A stretch of 64,000 nucleotides of DNA from Verrucomicrobiota bacterium (GTDB taxonomy: Bacteria > Verrucomicrobiota > Verrucomicrobiia > Limisphaerales > CANJSG01). Below the pieces are notes generated by a model. The model was not told where the DNA came from and ran no database searches. It saw only the letters and a list, made by a program, of their open reading frames with translations. The stretch lies in the NCBI GenBank assembly GCA_038209745.1, contig JBBQXJ010000005.1, forward strand, positions 27,153-91,152, read 5' to 3'. Made by a program: the position numbers and the translations under genes. Below are positions 37,932 to 47,877 of the stretch, piece by piece (position 1 is the first letter of the stretch; each line of letters begins with the position of its first letter).

Positions 37932-39152
37932 ATGCTCAAACGCTTCTTCAAACCCCTGTCTTCGCTGCGTCTGACCGTGGCCTTGCTCTTCATCGGTCTC
38001 GTGCTGGTCTTCTTCGGCACCCTGAACCAGGCCAGCGAAGGTCTCTACAGCGCGCAAAACCGATACTTCCGCAGCTTCTTCATCTGGGTCGGCCCTGCGG
38101 GTGCCGGATGGAAGGTTCCGGTGTTTCCGGCGGGATATTTGGTGGGTGGATTGCTCTTGGTGAACCTCGTCGCGGCCCATACCGCACGCTTCAAACTCTC
38201 CTGGAAGAAGAGCGGCATCTTCCTCACCCACATCGGCGTCATCCTGCTCCTCGTGGGACAGCTCGCCACCGATCTGCTCTCCACCGAGAGCTCGCTTGGT
38301 CTGATGGAAGGGGAAACCAAGAACTACTCCGAAGATTTCCACGCCAACGAGCTCGCGCTCATCGACACCTCCGATCCCAAGGAAGACACGGTGGTCGCCA
38401 TTCCGGAATCGTCCTTGAAGGAGAAGAAGGACATCCAGAATCCGGCGCTGCCCTTCACCGTTCGGGTCAAGGAATACTGGCCCAACGCGCTGATCGTCCG
38501 GCCCATGGCCGAAGGAGCCATCGTCCCGGCCACCACCGCCGGCGAACTCAAGGGACTTGGGGTCTTCCCCCAACCCGAAGCCAAGACGATGGACGAGCGC
38601 AGCCTCCCGGCCGCCGTCGTCGAACTGCTCGAAGGTTCCAAGTCCTTTGGCACCTGGCTGGTCTCCACCAGGGCCGATCTCAGCGATCCGATCGTGGTCG
38701 ATGGCAAGACCTGGAAGATCTCCTTCCGCTTCGCCCGCTACTACAAGGACTTTCAGATGACCCTGCTCAAAGCCACCCACGAGAAGTATGTGGGCACCGA
38801 CATCCCCAAGAATTTCGCCAGCCGCGTCCGGGTGCAGATGGCCGGTAGTCCCGAGGCGCGCGAGACCGTCATCTACATGAACAATCCGCTCCGTTACGGC
38901 GGCTACACCTTCTTTCAATACCAGATGGGCGCAGACGAGATGGCGCGCCAGAGGATGAACGGCCTCGGTTCTTCCACCTTCCAGGTCGTGAAAAACCCTT
39001 CGTGGCTCACGCCCTACTTGGCTTGTATCCTCGTGGGTCTCGGGCTGCTCGTGCAGTTCATGATCCACCTCGTCGGCTTCATCATGAAACGGTCCGGTAA
39101 ACCGCACCGCACCCTCTCTCGCCCAACGCCCGCAGGAGCCTCCGCCCAATGA
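37932..39152 (+). CDS. ResB/CcsB-like cytochrome c biogenesis protein
   Basis: SLRLTV..GTL.Q, THIGV, MNNPLRYGGYTFFQ, C-terminal TM. Confidence 0.82.
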   Translation: MLKRFFKPLSSLRLTVALLFIGLVLVFFGTLNQASEGLYSAQNRYFRSFFIWVGPAGAGWKVPVFPAGYLVGGLLLVNLVAAHTARFKLSWKKSGIFLTHIGVILLLVGQLATDLLSTESSLGLMEGETKNYSEDFHANELALIDTSDPKEDTVVAIPESSLKEKKDIQNPALPFTVRVKEYWPNALIVRPMAEGAIVPATTAGELKGLGVFPQPEAKTMDERSLPAAVVELLEGSKSFGTWLVSTRADLSDPIVVDGKTWKISFRFARYYKDFQMTLLKATHEKYVGTDIPKNFASRVRVQMAGSPEARETVIYMNNPLRYGGYTFFQYQMGADEMARQRMNGLGSSTFQVVKNPSWLTPYLACILVGLGLLVQFMIHLVGFIMKRSGKPHRTLSRPTPAGASAQ

Positions 39153-41059
39153 AAAAGCTTCTCCCCTGGATCCTGACCATCGCCTTCGCCGCCTGGGTCG
39201 TCTCGTCCCTGGTGCCCAGGAAGGAATCCGGTTTCCACACCCAGGACTTCGCCCGGCTTCCGGTCCTGCACGAAGGCCGTCTCCAGCCGTGGGACTCGGT
39301 CTGCCGCAACACGCTCCTCCAGCTGCGCGGCAAACAGGCGTTCTCCTTCGAGGAACACGACGCGTCCGGCAAGACCACGCTGAGGACGAACATGACCGCC
39401 GTCCAATGGGCGCTCGAGGCCATGTTCAAACCGGCGCTCGCCGACACCCGGCCGGTCTTCCGCATCGACCACCCGGATCTTAAGGGGCTCCTCGGCGTGC
39501 CCATCGAGGAAAAGAACGTCTCTTGGAACCAGGTCATTCCCAAGTTTTCCGAGCTCCACTCCTTGGCCACCAACGCCGCCACGATCAAGCCGCAGCTTCG
39601 CTCTCCCTACGACGTCGCCGTCCTGCGCCTCTACAGCGCCGGCAATCTCTTTCTCCAGCTCAAGAACACCCTCCAGGCCGAGCAATCGGCAGATTTCATC
39701 GGCGAACTCCTGGATTACCTCCAGAACCTCGATGCGGGCCGGACCGCCGTCATCAACCGCCAGGCAGGCAAGGACTACGACGAAGCCGCCTTCAAAAAAC
39801 TCGCCGGCCACATCGAGATGTTCGACCGGATCCAGAAGCTGAGCCTGCCGCTGGTCGTTCCGCCCAGTGACCCGAACGACAAGGACGAACACTGGAAGAA
39901 CCTTGGCGACCAGTTGATCGGCGCCATCCGCGGCGATCATCTCCACGAGAGCGTCACCTTTTACGCCGCGATGGGCGCAGGCTATCGCTCCGGAGACACG
40001 GCCAAGTTCAACAAGGCCGTCGCCGACTACACCGCGCTGCTCGACAAGACCTATCCCAAGGCGGAGACCAAGGGTGCCCGTGAATTCGCGTTCAACGCCT
40101 TCGAGCCTTTCTACAAAGCGTCGGCCATCTACGTGGCCGCGTTCATTCTCGGACTCGCCTTCTGGGTCACCGCAAGTCCCTGGACCCGCCGGGCGGCGTT
40201 CTCGTTGGTTGGACTGGCCTTCATCATCCACACGGGTGGGTTGATCTTCCGCATGGTGCTGGAGGGCCGGCCCCCGGTGACGAACCTCTATTCGTCCGCC
40301 ATCTTCATCGGCTGGGGCGCCTGCATTCTCGGGATGGTGCTCGAGCGCTTCTACAAGGACGGCGTCGGCGTCGTGGTCTCCTCGGCCATCGGCTTTGTCA
40401 CCCTCGTCATCGCGCACAACCTCGCCCTCGGTGGCGACACCATGATCATGCTGCGCGCGGTGCTCGACACGAACATCTGGCTCGCCACCCACGTCGTTGT
40501 CGTGACCCTCGGCTACGCCAGCACCTTTGTGGCCGGGTTCCTCGCTTTGATCTTCGTCTTCCGCGGTTTCTTCACCGCCGGTCTGGGCGACGTCGCTCGA
40601 AAGAACCTCTCCCGGATGGTCTACGCCATCCTCTGCTTCGCCACGCTGTTCAGTTTCGTCGGCACCGTCCTCGGCGGCATCTGGGCCGACCAGTCCTGGG
40701 GCCGGTTCTGGGGCTGGGATCCGAAGGAAAACGGCGCCCTGATGATCGTCCTATGGAACGCCATGATCCTCCATGCTCGCTGGGGCGGCATGGTGAAGGA
40801 GCGCGGCATCATGAATCTCGCCATCGCCGGCAACATCGTCACCGCATGGTCGTGGTTCGGGACGAACATGCTCGGCATCGGGTTGCACGCCTACGGCTTC
40901 ACCGATTCCGGCTTCAAGTGGCTGATGGTCTTCAACGCCAGCCAGCTGCTCTTCATCGGCGTCGGCCTTCTGCCCCTCCGCCTCTGGGCCAGTTACCAGA
41001 AAGCCAGACCCGCTGCCGGTAAAGGTGAACGGACACCGGCGACTTCGGGCGTCGCCTGA
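39149..41059 (+). CDS. ccsA: Cytochrome c biogenesis protein CcsA (system II)
   Basis: GGIWADQSWGRFWGWDPKE (WWD domain), WLATHV, GLHAY. Confidence 0.93.
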   Translation: MKKLLPWILTIAFAAWVVSSLVPRKESGFHTQDFARLPVLHEGRLQPWDSVCRNTLLQLRGKQAFSFEEHDASGKTTLRTNMTAVQWALEAMFKPALADTRPVFRIDHPDLKGLLGVPIEEKNVSWNQVIPKFSELHSLATNAATIKPQLRSPYDVAVLRLYSAGNLFLQLKNTLQAEQSADFIGELLDYLQNLDAGRTAVINRQAGKDYDEAAFKKLAGHIEMFDRIQKLSLPLVVPPSDPNDKDEHWKNLGDQLIGAIRGDHLHESVTFYAAMGAGYRSGDTAKFNKAVADYTALLDKTYPKAETKGAREFAFNAFEPFYKASAIYVAAFILGLAFWVTASPWTRRAAFSLVGLAFIIHTGGLIFRMVLEGRPPVTNLYSSAIFIGWGACILGMVLERFYKDGVGVVVSSAIGFVTLVIAHNLALGGDTMIMLRAVLDTNIWLATHVVVVTLGYASTFVAGFLALIFVFRGFFTAGLGDVARKNLSRMVYAILCFATLFSFVGTVLGGIWADQSWGRFWGWDPKENGALMIVLWNAMILHARWGGMVKERGIMNLAIAGNIVTAWSWFGTNMLGIGLHAYGFTDSGFKWLMVFNASQLLFIGVGLLPLRLWASYQKARPAAGKGERTPATSGVA

Positions 41060-41184
41060 GCCGAAAGGATCGTGGAGCGTTGCCCCGCGCTCCCTTCTCG
41101 ACTTCCCCGGTCCGGGTTGGGGGAACCGTAGTCTGTCCCCAACTTTTCGCGTGGCAATCGCCCTTCGATTGCTAGTGTCGGTCC

Positions 41185-41847
41185 ATGCCTCGGCGGACCC
41201 TAGCCTTCACCCTGATTGAACTCCTCGTGGTGATCGCCATCATCGCGATCCTCGCCGGCATGCTCCTTCCGACGTTGGGCAAAGCCAAAGGAAGGGCCCA
41301 CGCCATCACCTGTCTGAACAACCTCAAGCAGTGGGGTCTGGCGACCCATCTCTACGCCACCGACAACAACGACTTCCTCCCTCCGGACGGCACGCCGAAT
41401 CCGGCTCCGACCTATACCGGAAGCGGCTGGTATGTGGAGCTGCCGAAACAGCTCGGGATCAAGCCCTACTTCTCCAACGATTGGCTCCAAATGGAGGGTT
41501 CTAGGCCGACGGGCAATCTCTGGGTCTGTCCGTCGAATCTTCGGGGAGCCAAGAACAACCGGCTCTTCCACTACTGCCTGAACCAATATGTGAACGAAAC
41601 CGGGGCCAACAACCGGCCCCGAAAATTGGGAACCGTACCCTCTCCTGCGGCCACCGTCTGGCTCTACGACAGCAAGAACCTCCCGGCAGTGGGCACCCCG
41701 AACTACGTCCATACCAACCTCCATTCCGCTGGTGCCCAGTTCACCTTCCTCGACGGACATGCCCGCCTTTTCAAGGCGCCAGACTATTGGGATTTCACGG
41801 CCAAGAAGGGCCGGACCAACAACCTGGAGTTGATCTGGGCACCGTGA
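41185..41847 (+). CDS. Prepilin-type N-terminal cleavage/methylation protein with H-X9-DG motif (DUF1559-like)
   Basis: [43 protein letters not shown]. Confidence 0.92.
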   Translation: MPRRTLAFTLIELLVVIAIIAILAGMLLPTLGKAKGRAHAITCLNNLKQWGLATHLYATDNNDFLPPDGTPNPAPTYTGSGWYVELPKQLGIKPYFSNDWLQMEGSRPTGNLWVCPSNLRGAKNNRLFHYCLNQYVNETGANNRPRKLGTVPSPAATVWLYDSKNLPAVGTPNYVHTNLHSAGAQFTFLDGHARLFKAPDYWDFTAKKGRTNNLELIWAP

Positions 41848-41990
41848 TCGTGCGGCAGGCTCCCGGTAGCGGCGAACGGGAGTTCGCCGCAAACATCTGT
41901 CGCACGAAGCGGGCGTCTTCAAAACGCGACCCGCTTCCGCTTGGACTGTCGCCCCAACCGGAAAGACTGGAGTCGAACCCCCGTTCGCCG

Positions 41991-42494
41991 CTACGAAGTC
42001 GGGTTCTTCCGCCGCTCCAGTTCCCGGGTCAGTTTCAGCGCCAGCCCAAGCGGCACGGCGCAGACCAGGCCGAAGGAACAATCCACCGCCCGGTGCCAAA
42101 GTGGAATGCTGCGGAACGCCCCGGAGACCATCGACCAAGGGATCAGCAGCGCGCAGACGATCAGGCCGAACTGGAACAGCCACACGTTCCGCACCGGATC
42201 CTTCCAGGCTCCGAGGAAGAGCACGCCAAGCGCGATGTGGGCGAACGCAAGCCAGTCGAGCCCGTAAAGAATGAACGGTGCCTTCTCCTGAATCGTCTCC
42301 AGACCCGACAGCAGCGTCGCGACCCATTCGGCCGCCGCGTTGCCGCCTCGCCCGACGACGTGTTGCGCGAGTTCGAGCTGCGGCTTCAGCGGAATGGCGC
42401 TGAGTCCACTGAGCACCAGGCCGAAGATCACGAAACCCGTCAGCCAGCGGATGCGGCCAACGATGGAGGCGGACGTTGTGGAGCTTGTGGTCAT
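41991..42494 (-). CDS. Hypothetical membrane protein
   Basis: Four hydrophobic segments; YGLDWLAFAH, DPVRN, DCSFG. Confidence 0.7.
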   Translation of the reverse strand: MTTSSTTSASIVGRIRWLTGFVIFGLVLSGLSAIPLKPQLELAQHVVGRGGNAAAEWVATLLSGLETIQEKAPFILYGLDWLAFAHIALGVLFLGAWKDPVRNVWLFQFGLIVCALLIPWSMVSGAFRSIPLWHRAVDCSFGLVCAVPLGLALKLTRELERRKNPTS

Positions 42495-42606
42495 GGGTAG
42501 TCGTTTCGTTCCAATTCGGCTCCAAGGCAAGGCTTGGTTCGAGACCTTGGTGCCGGAGACGACCGAGAGGCAAAATCCTTCGGATGAGCCGCGACAACGG
42601 GAACGG

Positions 42607-43386
42607 TTATTGTCTCGAAGGAGCAGCAGCGCTCGCTCCCGGTTCTAGTGTAGCGGCCTGCTTCGAGTATTTACCCCGAATGCAGTCGCCCCAGTGTTGG
42701 AGGAAGAACCGCTTCTCTGTCGGCAGGAAGGTGTCGGCGCGGCCGATCAACGGACGCAGCGCCGTGGTCATCTGCAGGACCACGAGCACGAAGATCCCCA
42801 TCCAGGCCGCGAGACCCGCTTGGCTCCGGGCCCGGAACCGTTGGAGACCCCGTACTAACAGCCGCAAACCGAAGAGCAATCCGACCGAGCCCAGGACGAG
42901 GTGAAGGAAGCCCATCGCGGTGAGCGATTCGGTCGACTGTGAGAAGACCCAGGCCACCGGGGCGAAGCTCAGCAGCAGCAGGGTCATCAAGGCCAGCATC
43001 CCCCCGAGCATGCCCGACACTTCGGCCAGCGACGCCCGCGATCCGCCGAGACACGAGAGGACGTAGAGGCTCGGCAGGCAGATGGCGCCGGCGAAGAGCA
43101 GGCCGCCGGTGAACTTGATCGGCGCGCGCCACAACTGTTCGTGGCCCGAGAATGTGCCGATGATGAATCCGTAGATCAGTCCGCAGCCAAGGATCACCGT
43201 CAGCATCCAGCCCAAGACCCGGCCGACGCCGACCTCGGATAGAACCTGCGGCATGGAATCGGGCCGCCGCACCAGCGCTTCGATCGCTCCGAAAATGGAA
43301 CGGACCGGCGGTGGCGGTGGCGCAGGGGACGGGTCGGGGGTTTCACTAGGGGGGAGAGGCGGCGGGTTCAGGATGTAGTCGTTCAT
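42607..43386 (-). CDS. Multi-TM membrane protein (Yip1-like), paralog B
   Basis: APIK...ICLPSLY, FAPVAW.F, C-terminal LQMTTALRP. Confidence 0.7.
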   Translation of the reverse strand: MNDYILNPPPLPPSETPDPSPAPPPPPVRSIFGAIEALVRRPDSMPQVLSEVGVGRVLGWMLTVILGCGLIYGFIIGTFSGHEQLWRAPIKFTGGLLFAGAICLPSLYVLSCLGGSRASLAEVSGMLGGMLALMTLLLLSFAPVAWVFSQSTESLTAMGFLHLVLGSVGLLFGLRLLVRGLQRFRARSQAGLAAWMGIFVLVVLQMTTALRPLIGRADTFLPTEKRFFLQHWGDCIRGKYSKQAATLEPGASAAAPSRQ

Positions 43387-43428
43387 AAAGGGGTGGGTTT
43401 GTCGGAGCGAATGGGAGGTGGGCGTGGG

Positions 43429-44133
43429 TCACAGAGAAAAGAGGACGGAGAAGGCGTGGCCGACGGCTTCGAAGAAGTTTCCGCGCAGCGCGTCGGACCG
43501 GAGGAACTGCACTTCCAGGTCCGGTGCTCCAAAGAACGGCCGCGCGATCCAGGTGAGCTGGGTGCCGAGGAGGAAGTTGCCCGAAAGCCAGGCGAACAGG
43601 ACGCGCCAGCCGACGCGTCTTCCCCCGAGCCGCTGTAGAAGTCGGAGCAGGCGGACGTTGGCCGCCACTCCGGCGAAAGCGATCACGGCCACCTGTGAAA
43701 CCAGGAGGGCCGCGTAGCCGGTGGTCCGGCTTTCAGCGAGCGACATCGGCGGGAGGTTCCAGACGAGGAAGAGGATCACCGGGCTGAAGCCCCCGAGGAT
43801 GACGGCCGCGATGGCGAAGCTGAACAGGATGGCGAGGGCGGATTGGCGGAAGCCGATGTTCAGCCCGAGCAAGGGAGCGAGCAGCCCGTTGAGGAGACCG
43901 TTGCCCAGAGTGGTGAGCAATAGGATAAGAGGGAGCTTGATCGCACTGACGAGGGCTTGTTCAGGGGAGCGCCAGGCGCCCATCGCGCCGCCGCCCAAGC
44001 CTGCGCCGACGATCACCAGCGCGATGCTGACCGCGATGGATCCGCCGGTGACGCGCGTGGTCCAATGCCCGAGCCGGGTATCGTCGCCGCTGAGCAGGAC
44101 TGGAAGATCGCGCCATGTCAGGGTGGAGTTCAT
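43429..44133 (-). CDS. Multi-TM membrane protein (Yip1-like), paralog A
   Basis: SAIKLPL, FSPVILF, C-terminal TQLTWIARPFFG; start MNSTLTW. Confidence 0.7.
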   Translation of the reverse strand: MNSTLTWRDLPVLLSGDDTRLGHWTTRVTGGSIAVSIALVIVGAGLGGGAMGAWRSPEQALVSAIKLPLILLLTTLGNGLLNGLLAPLLGLNIGFRQSALAILFSFAIAAVILGGFSPVILFLVWNLPPMSLAESRTTGYAALLVSQVAVIAFAGVAANVRLLRLLQRLGGRRVGWRVLFAWLSGNFLLGTQLTWIARPFFGAPDLEVQFLRSDALRGNFFEAVGHAFSVLFSL

Positions 44134-44294
44134 GGAATCGGTGTCTGGGTTTTCCGACGTCCGAGCTTCAGCCATATCGCGCTGGGGCCGGCTGCGAGCA
44201 GGGGACTTTCCCGCAGCTCGCCCGCGCGCCGGATCAACTTGGTGATCTCCAGCCCAATTTCGCGGAAGTGTTCGATCCATTTCAGGTGATTCAT
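44130..44294 (-). CDS. 54-aa ORF, small protein or deletion remnant
   Basis: MNHLKWIEHFREIG...TPIP*; purine-rich SD-like AAGAGGGA upstream; stop overlaps the next ATG (ATGA). Confidence 0.45.
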   Translation of the reverse strand: MNHLKWIEHFREIGLEITKLIRRAGELRESPLLAAGPSAIWLKLGRRKTQTPIP

Positions 44295-44322
44295 GGCGGT
44301 CCCTCTTGAATGGTTGGTCGGG

Positions 44323-45186
44323 TCAGTGGCTCGAGGAATGTTCAGCAGTTCGGACCACGGTTCGCTGGAGGGCCTCCATCACGGCGTCGATCGATTCGTC
44401 GGGGGTGGAAGTTCCGGCGGTCACGCCGACCGTGTCGTCCGGACGGAGCCAATCCGCACGCAAATCCGTAACGGTTGACACGGGATGGACCCGGCTGCAG
44501 AAGCACTGGCAGGTGGCGACGAGTTGGCGGGTGTTGTTGCTGTTGGATCCGCCGATGACGATCACCACGTCGCAGCGTCGGGCGAGATCTTCGGCCGCGT
44601 GCTGGCGGAGCTTCGTGGGCTGACAAACGGTGTCGCGGAAACGCACTTCGGCCTCGGGAAACCTGACCCGCAGACAAGCGACCAAGTGACGGACTTTCTC
44701 GATCGGCTGCGTGGTCTGGGAGACGACGCCGAAGCGGGTGCGGGGTGTTATCGCGGCGATGTCCGCCTCATCCAGTGCGACGTCGCACTCGGCGAGGTCT
44801 TCGGTCATGCCGCGGACTTCCACGTGGTTCCTTTGGCCGATGACGACCGGATGGTAACCGGCATGCACCAGCTTGGCCAAAGCCTGGTGCGCGGCGTGGA
44901 CAAGCGGGCATGTGGTTTCGACAACGGGCCGTCCGGTGGCGCGGACCGCTTCGAGCCGGCGCTGCGAAGCTCCATGCGCGGTGATCATGAGCGTGGAGTT
45001 CGTGGAGGGATCGGGCTCCTCGGAAAACTGGATGCCGGCGCGTTCAAGGGACGAGACCACCTGGGCGTTGTGGACGAGCTGACCGAGAATGGTGACGGGT
45101 CCTTGAGCGGCATGTCGCCGGGCGAGCGCGATGGCGTCGCGGACGCCGAAACACATTCCGAGATGTTCTGCGCGGAGAATTTTCAT
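44323..45186 (-). CDS. ispH: 4-hydroxy-3-methylbut-2-enyl diphosphate reductase
   Basis: GMCFGV, VHN, TAHG, TCPLV, SQTT, TVCQPT, SNSNN, TAGTSTP. Confidence 0.93.
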   Translation of the reverse strand: MKILRAEHLGMCFGVRDAIALARRHAAQGPVTILGQLVHNAQVVSSLERAGIQFSEEPDPSTNSTLMITAHGASQRRLEAVRATGRPVVETTCPLVHAAHQALAKLVHAGYHPVVIGQRNHVEVRGMTEDLAECDVALDEADIAAITPRTRFGVVSQTTQPIEKVRHLVACLRVRFPEAEVRFRDTVCQPTKLRQHAAEDLARRCDVVIVIGGSNSNNTRQLVATCQCFCSRVHPVSTVTDLRADWLRPDDTVGVTAGTSTPDESIDAVMEALQRTVVRTAEHSSSH

Positions 45187-45316
45187 GGGAGTGGAGGTTG
45201 AGATTCAGACTGTCGGACCGGGGGGTGATCCCTCGACCGTTCGGGCATGGAGCGACGGACGCCACGATCGATCGAGGGATGTTTCCCCGGTGTGCCGGGT
45301 GCCTCTCCTTGGCGAA

Positions 45317-45333
45317 GCTTTGCATGACAAAGT
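45317..45333. promoter_or_regulatory. Operator-like palindrome GCTTTG-CATGA-CAAAGT upstream of ispH
   Basis: CTTTG-N5-CAAAG; second copy at 46301. Confidence 0.65.
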
Positions 45334-45371
45334 GTAGGGCCATGACGATTGAACGACGTTCAAACGTGGGA

Positions 45372-45680
45372 TCAATTTCCTTTTGCCTGTCGGATGATCT
45401 GCTCCAACAGGTCGATGTGTCGGGTGAAGGCTGCGCGTCCGTTGGACGTGAGCGAACAGGTGGTCAACGGGCGGCTGCCTTGGAACGACTTGGTCACGGC
45501 CACGTAGCCCGCCTCCTGGAGCGTGCGGATGTGGGTGGTGAGGTTGCCGTCGGTCATGTTGAGCGTGTTGCGCAGTTCGGTGAACGAGAGCTCAGGCGTG
45601 GCGGCCAAAAGGGACATGATACCAAGACGGCCTTTTTCGTGGACCACACGATCCAGTTGCAGGAGCGCCTCCGGGTTCAC
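45372..45680 (-). CDS. Winged-helix transcriptional regulator (ArsR/MarR-like, HTH_34)
   Basis: LDRVVHEKGRLGIMSLL..SFTEL..TDGNL..H...L.EAGYV; GTG start at 45680. Confidence 0.88.
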   Translation of the reverse strand: MNPEALLQLDRVVHEKGRLGIMSLLAATPELSFTELRNTLNMTDGNLTTHIRTLQEAGYVAVTKSFQGSRPLTTCSLTSNGRAAFTRHIDLLEQIIRQAKGN

Positions 45681-46294
45681 GGTGACTTCCTGGGTTCGGT
45701 CAACCAGAGGTAGACGCCGTAGAGCAAGTGCCCTGCACCGAAGACGAGCCCCATGGTCAGGGAGGCGGAACGGACATCCACCGCGACACTTCGCCCAAAG
45801 CCTTGGAGCAATAGAAACAGGCTTCCCATGATGATATAGAGCCACGAAAGCCAACGCATGCCGCGCTGCATGAAAAAGGCGGCGGCGTGAAGGCCGCAGC
45901 CATAGAGCAGGGTCCAGAGGCTGATCAAGACCGAGAGATCGACCGGGATCGGACCGAGCGCCGCCATCCCGAGTGCGGCGCCTCCGATGAAGGCGGGAAG
46001 GACGGCTTGGGCGACTCTTCGGGTGGGCGAAGACCAGAACGGTTCGGTGTCGGAGAAGGCTTGGCGACGAATCACGGAGAGCGCGGTGGCCAGTCCGATG
46101 ATGGCCGCGCCGAGCCAAAGCAGGATGAATCCCTTGGGATTGTCGCCACCACGGAACCAACCCAGCGCGCCGAAGCCCAGACCGATGGCACCCGCACCGA
46201 GCATCGTCGGAGCAAGAGCCCGCCGGTAGACGGCGGAGCGTTCCATCAAGGTCCGAATGGTCTGGAGATGCTCGGCCGCCCAGTTGGAGTCCAT
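45677..46294 (-). CDS. Membrane protein coupled to the HTH regulator
   Basis: A.EHL..IR.LMERS N-terminus, about 6 TMs, FG..H..YG; 4-bp overlap with the regulator. Confidence 0.78.
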   Translation of the reverse strand: MDSNWAAEHLQTIRTLMERSAVYRRALAPTMLGAGAIGLGFGALGWFRGGDNPKGFILLWLGAAIIGLATALSVIRRQAFSDTEPFWSSPTRRVAQAVLPAFIGGAALGMAALGPIPVDLSVLISLWTLLYGCGLHAAAFFMQRGMRWLSWLYIIMGSLFLLLQGFGRSVAVDVRSASLTMGLVFGAGHLLYGVYLWLTEPRKSP

Positions 46295-46300
46295 GCGGGC

Positions 46301-46317
46301 ACTTTGTAGAGCAAAGC
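46301..46317. promoter_or_regulatory. Operator-like palindrome ACTTTG-TAGAG-CAAAGC
   Basis: CTTTG-N5-CAAAG, 6 bp upstream of the membrane protein/regulator operon. Confidence 0.7.
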
Positions 46318-46377
46318 TTAGCCGCGTCAAGGCCGGTGTGGCGAGGAGGCGACGTGGGTGACTGGAGGTGAAGCGGG

Positions 46378-47868
46378 CTAGGCCAGCAGGCTCTTGATCG
46401 GTTTGCCCAATCCGTCCTTGGTCACGTAGAACGGCCGCTTCTCGATCTCGTAGGAGAGATTGGCGGGGATGCCGAGGGTTCGATAGATCGTGGCGTGCAG
46501 GTCCTCGATGACGACGCGATCGCCGAGGGATTTACAGGGACGTTCGTCGGCCGTCGCTCCGTGGACATGGCCGCGTTTCACTCCGCCGCCGAAGAGCAGC
46601 ACCGAACCGGCATCGGTGAAATGGCGGTGCATGCCGTAGTGTTTCAACTCTTCGATCGTTTCGGGCACTGGTACCTGGTCCTTCACGGTCTTGCCGGGCT
46701 TGCCCTCCATCATCATGTCGCGGCTGAACTCGCTCGCGAGGACGATGAGCGTGCGGTCGAGGAGGCCGCGTTCGTCGAGGTCGCGGACGAGCTGGGCAAT
46801 CGGTGAGTCGACCATCTTCTTCATCGCGACGAGGCGGGAGTGCCCGTTCTCGTGGGTGTCCCAGTTCATGAAGGGGATATACTCGGTGGTCACTTCGATG
46901 AACCTTGCGCCGACTTCGCAGAGGCGTCGGGCGAGCAGACAACCCAGACCGAATCGGCCGACGGTCTCTTCCTCATATTTGGCGCCGAAACGATCGATCT
47001 TGGCGTTGTAGGCCTGGCCCGGCTGATAGCTTGGCACATATTTGCGGATGTTTTCCAAAGGTTCTTGGGAAAGGTCGAAGGCCTTGGACGCCGGCGAGCT
47101 CAGCAGACGGTGGGCGTTGTCCAACGAGCGAAGGAGCGAATCCTTCTGATGGTCGCTGCCGTGCCGGCCGACCGGGGAGGCGGCGAGAAGCTTCTTGAAG
47201 AACTTGTTCCGGCTCTCGAAACGTCCCGGGGTCATGCCGGGCGGCGGTTGGACGGCGGTCGCGGCTTGGTCCGGAAACGGGATGTTGAACGGGCCGAATT
47301 CGCTGCCGAGGAAGCCGGCTGTGGTGAAGGCCTTGAGCTCTTCACCTTCACCCAGATCAAGGCGTTGCCCGATGTTTATGAACGCGGGCACGGCGTCTTC
47401 CCGAGGTCCCAACCGACGCGCAATGAACGAACCAAGGTGGGGGCAGGCGACGGTTTGGGGCGGAGTGTAGCCCGTATGCCAGTGGAACTGGTGACGGGAA
47501 TGGAGAATGAAGCCGAGATCGGCCGCGGTGTAGGTCCGGATCAACGTCCCGCGATCCATGACCGAAGCGAGTTTCTCCAGTCCCTCCGAGAAGTGAACGC
47601 CATCCACCGCGGTCGGTATCTTCGGGAACGTGCTCAGCACACGGTTCGGGTCCATCCCCTTTTCAAAAGGCGCGTAGGACTTCGGATCGAACGTTTCCGT
47701 ATGGGCCATGCCGCCCGCCATCCACAGGACGATCACCGTGTCCGCAGAGGCAGCGATCGTTTCCAGTTCGTCGTTTGCGAATGCTTGTCGTGGAAAACCG
47801 GCGGCCAGTGCGCCCAAGGTTGCGGCGCTGGCGGTCTTCAAGAAATCACGACGGGATTGATTGTTCAT
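46378..47868 (-). CDS. DUF1501 family Tat-exported protein
   Basis: SRRDFLK Tat motif, WMAGG..H.ETFDPK, LLARRL, WDTH, SEFSR. Confidence 0.88.
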   Translation of the reverse strand: MNNQSRRDFLKTASAATLGALAAGFPRQAFANDELETIAASADTVIVLWMAGGMAHTETFDPKSYAPFEKGMDPNRVLSTFPKIPTAVDGVHFSEGLEKLASVMDRGTLIRTYTAADLGFILHSRHQFHWHTGYTPPQTVACPHLGSFIARRLGPREDAVPAFINIGQRLDLGEGEELKAFTTAGFLGSEFGPFNIPFPDQAATAVQPPPGMTPGRFESRNKFFKKLLAASPVGRHGSDHQKDSLLRSLDNAHRLLSSPASKAFDLSQEPLENIRKYVPSYQPGQAYNAKIDRFGAKYEEETVGRFGLGCLLARRLCEVGARFIEVTTEYIPFMNWDTHENGHSRLVAMKKMVDSPIAQLVRDLDERGLLDRTLIVLASEFSRDMMMEGKPGKTVKDQVPVPETIEELKHYGMHRHFTDAGSVLLFGGGVKRGHVHGATADERPCKSLGDRVVIEDLHATIYRTLGIPANLSYEIEKRPFYVTKDGLGKPIKSLLA

Positions 47869-47877
47869 CGGGCTGCC

